This document shows, in pieces, positions 49,107 through 59,638 of a DNA stretch of 64,000 nucleotides. The translations under genes were made by a program, and so were the position numbers. Source of the DNA: Basidiobolus meristosporus CBS 931.73 (taxonomy: Eukaryota > Fungi > Basidiobolomycota); contig MCFE01000251.1 of assembly GCA_002104905.1 (NCBI GenBank), positions 1 through 64,000 on the forward strand, in the 5' to 3' direction. A model generated the notes under the pieces. That model ran no database searches. It was not told the origin of the DNA and saw only the letters and a list, made by a program, of their open reading frames with translations. The stretch's first letter is position 1; each line of letters starts with the position of its first letter.

Positions 49107-49979
49107 ATGACTACTACAATCAAACTAAAAACATACAAGGGAAAGAGAGAGAGAGCCCTTGAGTGGTTCAATAAGTTTGAGAGAGTTGCGGTTGATGCAG
49201 GATGGGACGACGATAAGAAAGCAAGAGAGTTCGCAAGACATATGGAAGGGTCAGCATGGCAATGGCATTATGGGTTGGAAGACGCAGTCAAAGATGACTG
49301 GGATGCACTAGAAGAAGCCTACAAGACACGCTTTCTATATGCCAAAGGATACCACTACGAAGCCCTTCTACTGTCCTTGCGGAAGAAAAGCAGTGAAAGC
49401 TATGAAGCCTACACTGAACTGTTTCTCCAATGAGTTCGATGTCTCCCGAAGGACGAAATCGCCAAACAACAGCTCATGAGGTATTACATCATGGGCTTAG
49501 ACAACAAAATAAGACGTAGGGCGTCCGAAGAACAACAGGGATGTAAAACGTTGCAAGAGTTGGTCGAACAAGTACAAGGGGTCATCTTGCTATGGGGGCT
49601 ACCCTATAGTGATACAAATGATCGAAGGACAGGGATCCCCCGTAAGAAAGGAAAAATTGCCTCCCCAAAAGACCGTGAGTTAGAGGAATTACGGCAAAAG
49701 GTCCAAGAACTCTCAATCAACAATGTCCAAGAAGTCCCCAAAGAAGGTGATAAACTCTGGGAAGCTGTTGTAGATCTAAAGGCCCAGGTTCAAGTCCTGA
49801 CCCAACAGATGGAACAACCACGACGACAGTATCCGTGTTATGTGTGTGGAGAAGTAGGTCACCGGGCCCATGAATATGAAAAACGGTACGGAAGAGAAGC
49901 CGTACCGGACACAAAAGAGAAGAAGGCATCAAAAGACAGAGTCCCTTGCCAGGAGGCCAACAGGACTCAGTCAATCTAA
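49107..49979 (+). pseudogene. gypsy C gag
   Basis: WFNKFE...W retrotrans_gag pattern; CYVCGEVGHRAHEY degraded knuckle; TGA at 49431. Confidence 0.88.
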
Positions 49980-52900
49980 GCCCTCCAATCAGGACAATTG
50001 AAGTGCGGAAGAAGAAGCGTCAACATGATGCTTCTAGAGAGGAGGCAAAGGAACCTGTAGTAGAGGTTCCGTCAAAAGGAAAGAGCGCGGAATTAGGTGA
50101 AGAAGTACGGAATGAACCTTGGGAAGAAGTGTTAAAGCGAACGAAGTACGCTAGCACGTCTTCCCATGGCCTATTCCCCATAATGAAGGTACTAGAGCAA
50201 ACCAAGGCAACCCTCCCAATAACCAATTTACTGGGACTGGCCCCGGCTCTAGTCAAGGAACTGATAGAGGGATTGAAGGAGATAACAACCCTCCATGTCA
50301 ACCAGACGGTCCTGCAAAAACGGAATAAAGGTACATATGTAAAGGTACGTATAGAGAATAAGGAGATTCTTGCCCTTATCAACACAGGATCCTCTATGTT
50401 CATCATGTCAGAGTCATTAGCAAAACGTCTAAAACTAAATATAGTCCCCAACGACACCATTTGAGTACGGCTAGCGAATGACCAACTGGATACAACGGTA
50501 GTTGTGGTGCCTAATTGCCCCATTCAGCTAGGCAACTTGATAATACGCCAAGATGTCGTGGTCCTACCCGTCGCAGCCAACAACTTACTCATTGGCGAGA
50601 GTTGGTTTATCCAACATAAGATGGATATACTTTACAGTGCATCTGAACTCAGGTGGGATACCAAGAGTATCCCACTGATTCATATCACCGATGAGAGCAA
50701 GGCGCGTAGCAACAGTGTGACAATCGAAGAGGTGAAACCATCGCACTCTCCGATCATCACACAAAAGGTGATAAAAATACCACCTGCCAGTGAGACGGCG
50801 ATCTCATTAGAAACACCAATAGCTTATTCAATGAGCGGAAGAATGATAACCGCAGCAAAAGCATCCGAGCAACTGGAAGGAATCTTGATCCCTAAAGTAT
50901 GGATACCACCAAAATTTGAAACGCAAAGCCTGAAATGCTTAGTGGTTAACAACAGGCAACACATGGTGACATTGCCTAGAGGAGTGCCATTGTTAAACTT
51001 AGAGGAAGTTGACGGAAACGACCAAGGACCACCTCCAAACAAAGAACCAGAAGAAGAACTCCCCAAACTAGATGTGGACCCCGGTCTACCGCCTACGTTA
51101 CAAGACAAATTCCTAGAAGGAATATGTCCGCTTGCCCAAGTATTCTCTAAGAACCAAGTAATTGGTCATATACCTGGGGTATATCACCAAATCCACCTTG
51201 CCGACAAATACCCCATCAAGCAAAAAGCCTATAGGAATTTGAAAATTGACACAGACTATATCAAAGATACGATTGAAACTTTATTAAAAGACGACATCAT
51301 TACAGAGAGCCAGTCTCCGTGGGCCTCCCCCGTAGTGATAGTCCCAAAGAAAGACGGAAAGCAATGCTTTTGCATCAACTACCGGAAATTGAACGCCGTC
51401 ACCCAGAAGGACGTGTATCCGCTACCGCGAATAGACGACCTCTTGGACAGATTAATTGGAGCTAAATATTTTAGCTCTCTTGACTTAATCTCCAGGTATT
51501 GGCAAGTAGAAGTAGCCCCGGAAGATCGACCCAAAACCGCTTTTATAACATTGTTTGGATTATACAAATGGAACCAACTACCCTTTGGCTTGTGCAATGC
51601 CCCCGCTACGTTCCAAAGGATGATCGACAAAGTGCTAGGAAATCTACAATGGGAATGCGCCCTTGTGTATCTGGACAACATCACGATATATTCCCCCAAT
51701 GTAGAAGAACATATACACAATGTGCAACGTATCCTGACATCCCTCCTCGAGAACCAACTCAAACTACATCCCAAGAAGTGCCATTTCCTGTATACAAAAT
51801 TGTTGTTCCTGGGCCACGAGATCTCGGCAGATGGAATATACCCATCTATGTCACTCCTGAAAGCCGTTCAAAATGCACCTGCACCAAAGGACATTAATGC
51901 AGTGTTGGGATTCCTAGGATTAGCCGGCTACTATCGCCGCTTTGTCAAAAACTTTGCGACGATAGCAGCCCCCTATACAAATTGACGCAAAAGGGCCAGT
52001 GTTTTGTATGGTCGGAGCCTCAAAAGAGAGCATTTGATCAGCTGAAACATTCCCTGACGTCACCGCCAGTGTTACAATTTCCCAATTGGGATGCGAGATT
52101 TTTTATTAACTGTGATGGAAGCCTCACCGGTATAGGCGCCGTACTGGGACAATACCACCAACCCGGCAAATTCCACCCGATCGGTTACGTGAGCCGTTTG
52201 CTAAACAAACACAAACGCCACTACCCCGTTACCGAGATAGAATGTCTGGCTGTTGTTTATTCAATTAAACAATTCCATACATACATACATGGTTGCCGAT
52301 TCACGATAGTAACGGACCACAGCGCACTGGTCTGGCTGATGAAAACTAAAGACTTTACCGGCCAACTAGCACATTGGGCCCTACAACTACAGCAATACAA
52401 CTTTGAAATAGTTCACCGCGCTGGCAAGAAACACCAGGACGCAGACTTCCTCAGTCGCTATCCCGTTTGCCAAATACGTGTCAGTGATGAGTACAAGGAC
52501 GTAATCTGCTTTAAAAAGAAAGGGAGGTATCCCAAACACGTCGTTACAAGCAAACAGAAGAGAGAATTTCGAAGGAAATGGTGTCAGTACAAAGTACAAG
52601 AAAATCAACTATGGTTCCTCCAAGGACAGTCCAGAGCCAAGGTACCCCCACTAGCAGCCCGTGAAGAAATCATACAAGAAAGACATATGTCATTAGGACA
52701 CGCTAACCCCCTAACGACATATAAGATGTTAAGAAAAACGTTTTATTGGCGAAAAATGATGACCGACGTTACAAATACGTTACAAAGATGCACCACTTGC
52801 AAAAGATTCAACCGGAGTCAGAAGATAGGGACAACTGCACCAATACCGGTTGACCTGCCCTTCCACCAAGTAGGGATCGACTTTGTTGGCCCCTTTATGA

Positions 52901-53501
52901 AAACAAAGAAAGGAGAACAATACATAATAATTGCTACTGATTATTTCTCAAAATGGGTAGAAGCCCAAGCCGTCCGCAATAAAGATCAGAAGACAACCGC
53001 CCGATTCATTCTAGAACACCTCATCTGCCGACATGGATATCCTCAGATACTCCTGTCCAACAATGGTGGTTCCTTCCTGAACAACACCGTGGCCCACCTG
53101 TGCAAAATGATGGGCGTGAAACAAGTCTTCACGGCCGCGTAGGTGTCCCCCTGACAACACATAACGACTATATAGAAAGGTTGATACACCGTATCGCCCA
53201 CCTATACATAAAAGTATTTGAAAATGTCGACAAGCACCTTCCCCCTCCACCCAAAAATGAGAAACTAACGAGACAAAAGTGGAAACCAGGCAATAAGGTG
53301 TGGTACGACCAAACCGTTGCAGGCCTCAAGTTCCGCCCACGATTTACACCCCAATGGATTGGCCCATGCACCGTTATCAGTTTGGACCACGGACCAAAGT
53401 ACACCATCACCCTGAATAATAAGACAATCAGCAACGTAGCGCCAGCCCATCTGAAACCGTTTCATGATGATCCACCGATCATCACTGAGACCGAAGTGTG
53501 A
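49946..53501 (+). pseudogene. gypsy C pol (PR, RT, RNase H, IN) with stop and frameshifts
   Basis: LINTGSS, YPLPRIDDL, YLDNI, CDGS, HMSLGH...CTTC, GIDF, WIGP; breaks at 50462, ~51975 and ~53140. Confidence 0.92.
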
Positions 53502-53630
53502 TTAAACGATTATCAGGACAAGGATAGAGGAAGACACGGGATACATTCAAAGTTTATTAGAGGAGATTTTAGTCAATATAGGTACAAATAATATGCGCGA
53601 GGGAGTTTGCCCAAAGGGGAGAACAAAAGA

Positions 53631-54800
53631 ATGCATATGGAAAGCACCGAAGGAAACAGTTCACCCAAAACTGGCGATACCCCTCCCACTAGCAAGAACC
53701 AAGATGATATCGAAAACAAAACCGACCTGCAAGTGTTAAGAGATATGGTACGAGCGTTATGTACAACAAGAGCCACCTATGAAGAGTCGTTTGCCGGAGC
53801 AGTCACGCTAATACGAGACACAATCAGAGAGGGACAAGACAAGTTACCCACGCCAATACAAAGCATGGAGATACTACCCAAGAAGACCGTGTACCACCTA
53901 AGAGGAGGTTCCTTGATCATTAAGGAGAAGGACACCGCGCTGATTCCCGTATCCATACTGGACACAGTCAGACAGAAGACACAAGGAATCAACTGTCGCG
54001 CCCTCACAAGACCTTGAGAGCCCCCCTGTTTCGTTGCATACTTGCCATTAATAGGTACCACGGTTGTTGAGGTATTCGCAGACCTGGTACGAGCTGCAAG
54101 AGCACCAGAAGTAGAACTCCCGATCAAAGGACTCCTCCGAGAAATTCGCGAACATCTCGAACCACATTTCCAAGAAGGAACCATCTTAGAGAAGATACGC
54201 GAACGGATTAAATACACCGGCCAGTTAACCCATGCAATCCACCAAGTTGCTGTGTTACAACTATTACAGTGGTTTACCATAGGACAACTCAGGAATCAGT
54301 ACAAAGTCCAACTCCAAGAAGCCGAAGAAACCGCCGCGGATTCTGTAGAAACCATGAGGCAAGTACGAAAGCGCCTCGATTGCACCACAGTTTCTACGGA
54401 AGAACTACAATACGTCTTGGAAGAAGCAAAAACTCGTTATTGACAATGGGTGACTGCCAACCGAGTGTACGCCCTCTTCAAAAGGTCCCCCGCTGTCATA
54501 TTGAACACAAAAAGGACAAGCCCCGATAACGTTTGCAAGATAATGAAGCAAGACTTTATCGCGCTATTGCACCTTTTCTTGTTCTCCAACCCTCCTGAGG
54601 AACTTACCCAGAACCCTATGGTTTGCCAACTATTTGGCTCTGTGGAAAACATCCCTCAAGCAACACAGGCCGCACCCCACTTGGCCGCCAAATGGTATCA
54701 GGTACTTGCCCGCGATCCCCTCGCAAGTGACAACCAGCAATGGTACTACGGTGACTCCCCATGCTCTGTAAACAAAATCGATCCTGGAGAAGCGAGTTAG
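53631..54800 (+). pseudogene. gypsy C ORF3, ~390 aa, unknown function
   Basis: ORFs 53607-54017, 54042-54443 and 54450-54800 share one frame and are separated only by TGA at 54015 and 54441. Confidence 0.75.
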
Positions 54801-56756
54801 TCAAAGAACTTTGAGGACAAAGCTCCCACTTAACCCCCGGGATATGTGAGTACTCAATGTAGTACCCACTCTTTGCCCAAGAGTTCTCCCAAGAGTTCCC
54901 TCCAGAGTCCTACCCAAAGTCCTCCAGTACCCTCCCTATGATTCCCCCACGCATCCTCCCCTCCTATCCCTGCCCTTATCTAGTTAGAACACTTACCATA
55001 ACAGGAAGGTGTTCACACCCCTATTTTATAACACATTGTCTATTGTCTAAGCCCCCCCAAGTGATATATATATCTACCCAATTGAACCAGGAAGAACAAC
55101 GAGATTTGGACAAAATAAACAGAAGTCTTTATTACCTTGCTACCTTCTATCGGAAGCTATTCTGAACCAAGTGGTACTGACTTGACCTACAAGCTCTCCC
55201 ACTCACCAAGTACAGTCAGTAATAACCCACACAGGGTACCTGATCTTTTGGTGAGATATATTGGGTAAATCCCAACAAAGAATATGGGCAGGATATTCTA
55301 GGATACATAGACTATGGCCTAGGCAACCAAGTCAATGGAGTGTTTAGGTATGGCTGCAGATTTTGTAACAGTATATTGGCGCCCATAACCTGCTGTGAGA
55401 GTTCTGGGGGTAAGCATCAAGTTGATGGCACTATACTGGTGAGATACAACGGGGTATTATGTCAATATCCAGGTGTCAATTGGGTGATGTCGATTGTATG
55501 TTGCCCACATGTATACACTGCCAATAATACAAGGGGTATAGCAACTTGGCAAGCATCTCCTCCTGAAACTGGGTGTCACCTTGATGGAGGTATGTCCATC
55601 TCAGCAGGTATGCCTGCATCTTGAGACAGATGCGCAATGAGCAATAGCAGCATTTGGCTTTCGAATCACCACACGTGAAACACCCGTGAGGAGGTTCATT
55701 TCATGGATTTTCAGAGATCATGCACTCATATCATCCTGTGGCATTGAGAGGAATACAAAGGTCCAGATGAACTTATGCAAACTACGATCTGGTACCCAAG
55801 AAGATACCATGCCCGGGGCTAGTTGGATGAGTAGAAGGGATTCAATAACTCCCAGGACTGGACGAATTTGAGGGATTGGCCGATAGTGTGCCGACCAAAC
55901 ATCAAGTCCGTTATCCCAAAATCCAGGGGATTGCGAAGTGAAAACTGGGAGGACATACCAAAAATCCGGTAAATAATCCCTCCCCCCCCCCCAAAGGTTT
56001 GCGCCTCGGCTGGCCGGAACCAGATTCAAATGCAATCGGAAGGTCCTACCCGAACCTTGCTTTAGCCCGGTAAGGCAACCGGTGAAAACCGATGCAAGGG
56101 GAACTAGGATTTTGGAAACGTCTCGGAGTCATTGAAGGGTGCCAATTCTCTACCTGATTCGGCCAAGTCCAAACTCGGGCCAAACAATAGAATACCACCC
56201 GGGGGCAATCCATTTGTTTCCAACAAAAACCACCACCATGTGGCTCCTGATCACCCTCAAGCACCCGGGTTCGTCACCTACCCTTACTTGCCCCTCATTG
56301 TACTCGATGTACCATGAGTGGGAATCATGATGGTTGATGATTACAAGGCCAGCAGCACTTTTCGTTCGATTCGTACCTTGGCAAAACCTCCATCTGTTGC
56401 TCGCTAATGTCATACCCTGTGCCAGACTTCTTAGCAAAGGGATTCGGCAAGTATTCGAAAGGATGTTGGAAACACGGGATTGTGCTTTCCAGCGATAAAA
56501 TGTGGTGAGGAATGGGGATTTCCTACCCTGCCACGCCGCACCATATCTGGATATGTAAAAATTAGAGGAACCTTGAACTTTATCAACTGCACCCGGATTT
56601 GGATTTGGTGAGTGTTGGATAATACGCTCCTTTCCTTTTAAATCTCATACTTTATGACAGATTAGGCTCAAAGCAATGCTCAATAAGTACATTCAGTGGA
56701 ATATTTGGTCAAGTGATAGCAAATACAAAATTGTGGAGGCTGGATGGCCATCAAAC

Positions 56757-57501
56757 TTATTTGGAAGAAAGAGCTACAACACCAGGAAGTTCCTTACCCT
56801 CCAACAATTCCAAGGAGGCACCTCCACCAGTGGAGACGTGGCTAATGTTATCCACCTGTCCCCATTTCTTGGCAGCAGTAGCAGTATCACCACCGCCAAC
56901 AATGGTAGTGGCACCATTCTTGGTGGCTTCAACGACGGCATCAAGGGCAGCCTTGGTGCCCTTATCGAACTTCTCGAATTCGAACACTCCGAGTGGGCCA
57001 TTCCAGAGGATAGTCTTGGCTTCCAAGATAGCTTTGCGGTTGATTTCGTTACTCTTCTCACCGCAATCCAAACCTTGCCAGCCACTTGGGATACCGGTCT
57101 CGTCAGTAGCGTAGCCAGTGTTGGCATCCTTGTCGAATTTATCGGCAGTCACGTAGTCAACTGGAAGATAAAGTTGAACGTTGTTCTTCTTGGCCTTCTC
57201 AACAAGGTCCTTAACGATCTCAGCACCAGCTTTGTCGAACAAGGAGTTTCCGATTTCGACATTTTCGAGAGTTTTCTTGAAAGTATATGCCATGCCTCCA
57301 CCAATGATCATGCCATCGACTTTGTCAAGCAAATTGTCAATCAACTGGATTTTGTCAGATACCTTGGCGCCACCAAGGATGGAAAGGAATGGACGTTCAG
57401 GGGATTCCAAGGCCTTGGAGAAGAAGTCCAACTCTTTCTTCATAAGGAAGCCAGCAGCGCGGACTGGGAGATCTACGCCGACCATAGAGCTGTGGGCACG
57501 G

Positions 57502-57532
<31 letters not shown>

Positions 57533-58013
57533 TCTCGCCGAGTTTGGTAAGAGAATCACGGAATGCTTTGACAGATTCAGAAGAGGCCTTGGTCTTATTG
57601 CCTTCCTTATCCTTGGAGGAACCTTCCTCCTCGATATGGAAACGAAGATTCTCCAAAAGAATGACCTTGCCGTCCTTGGCTTCGGTACAGGTCTTCTCAA
57701 CCTCGGCACCAACGCAGTCGTTGAGGAAGGTCACCTCACGATCCAAAAGCTTGCTGAGCTCTTCAGCAACAGGTTTCAAGGAGTATTTGGAAACTGCTTG
57801 GCCATTAGGACGACCAAGATGGCTCATCAAGATAACTGCCGAGGCACCGTTGTCGAGAACATGCTTGATGGTAGGCAAGGCGGCAACGATACGTTGATTG
57901 TTGCTAATTTTACCGTCGGCAAAGGGGACGTTGAAGTCAACACGAATCAAGACTCTCTTTCCCTTGACATCGACGTCAGTAACGCCAAGTTTGCTGCTAA
58001 GGTTATTGGACAT
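56757..58013 (-). CDS. PGK1: Phosphoglycerate kinase, intronless, 418 aa
   Basis: [64 protein letters not shown]; start taken at MSNNLSSKL (ATG 58013). Confidence 0.98.
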
Positions 58014-59638
58014 GATAGGAAATTGTCGAAAAGGAGGATGGCTCACCCCATCGGGCCCTACGTTAGTTTTATACCTGGATTGGGCCAATGGAGCCGGTAA
58101 TTACCACGGCCTAGCATTGAAAGATCCGTTACAAGAAAGGAAACATAATATATAATCCGGATCGATTACTAGCATTGATGATTGAAACGGCTCGCTATTT
58201 TCTAATGAATCTGCCACGCATAAATCTAGGCTGATCATAAATGCGCGGATTCACAGATATGATCAGCGATGAATAACACTCGGACTTGGTTGAAGTTGTC
58301 TGGGAGCAGCGGATGGGGTTGGTTTCATGACTCTCGAGAGAACCACGCAGGGATGTGCAGGTCTAATTGGACTGCCTAGCGATGACGAGGTAAGCCACAC
58401 CACCATTTTCTGTTGAGTAGCATTTGAATCTTCGCCGAACTAGTCTTGCGTCATGGAAGTTACTAGAAAGCGACTGATTTAGATCCACTCATCTCCATGA
58501 CGCGGATGTGGCGAGCAAGTTGCTGGGGACCGTAGAGCCTGATCACTGGAGCATTGTACAACATTAACTCCGCGAGAATGGGGTGGATTTGAATCTAGGA
58601 TTCACAAACACCCATCAAACGATTAGTGCCGGTAGATTCGGAATGTCGATGATTGAAGTTGAATCTGATTGAATTCGGTATAAACGCTTATCAATCATTG
58701 ATAAGCTTGTGTGCTCATATTGGCCTGCATGTTCGAGATGTAGTCTTTTATAGTGTAGTGAATTGACCTGATTGTTGATGACGGTCCATATGGCTTAGGA
58801 TATTCTCCGTACCACGAATCACGGCGCCAGTATTTTGATGAGCTGTAAACTATGATGGGTTATTTACAACGTTGATCAATGAATCTGGCTTCTCCATGTA
58901 GTTCATGCTCGTTATCATGCAGAGAATATGCCCTACGATTTTGCCAAGACGCAGTGGCTCCTTGGTTAGATACTGATGGATGGACATGGTTACAATGGCC
59001 TGGTAGAGGAGTGTTCGAAAGCAAATCGGGACTTCTGGTAGCAAGTGAAGTGGAATTCGCTGGTAAGGTGTTTGAGCAGCAAAAGTGTGCTCAGAGACGT
59101 CTAAAGAGTTTGTATACGAGATCATTTGAGCACTGCATGACTTCAAACGGCAATACATCATGGAAATGCCAAACGTAGGGGGACAATTGGTAGGTCTAAA
59201 GTTCCCTCCAACAGTTATGGATTGATATGTATGCATCGAGCGTCGCAAGACACATGCAGCCAACTGCTTACTTCTGGCAATACCGAAGGATAATAAATAA
59301 ACCCCTTAGTGTAGTCAACAAAGCCCAGCAGCTTCGCGCCCACTTTCAAGGTTGGCGGCTTTACTAAAGCAATGTATTCGATTGGTACTTGGTGTATTCT
59401 ATTCATGGACGCGCAATAAGGCCGTGTCCAGATATTTACATTACAAAAGATGTCAACGATGGCACAAGCGAAGCTAAGTAAATATTCAGGATGGTTTTCG
59501 AAATGATTGCTTCGTAGAAATAGGTGAATGAAGCTATAGACAGTTCAGTGCAGATTGCCGAGCAAGCAACGACGCGAAATTGGTATTACAATAGGATCGA
59601 CGGGGCAGACGTAGGAAGTCAAGTGAAGCCACGAGATT

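Larger units (their letters stand above)
48679..55231 (+). mobile_element. Ty3/gypsy element family C with three ORFs, CAGGG TSD, disabled
   Basis: 387-bp LTRs 48679-49065 and 54845-55231; CAGGG on both sides; PBS; gag, pol and ORF3. Confidence 0.96.
48546..55370 (-). repeat. Degenerate copia-type LTR remnant split by gypsy C (48546-48678 and 55237-55370)
   Basis: tatattggaag, aaggtccaaag, gtaaatcccaacaa and the ttttgtaaca end match the reverse complement of LTR-A; left boundary uncertain. Confidence 0.5.

Noticed and set aside
53631-54800. Calling gypsy C ORF3 an env gene
   Set aside because: No signal peptide, cleavage site or transmembrane segment is visible; kept as an unknown accessory ORF.
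58014-58088. 25-aa N-terminal extension of PGK in the ORF track
   Set aside because: Similarity to PGKs begins at MSNNLSSKL; the upstream start is not supported.
56676-58100. 474-aa ORF antisense to PGK
   Set aside because: Exactly in codon register with PGK; explained by avoidance of TTA/CTA/TCA in a highly biased gene. No domain seen.
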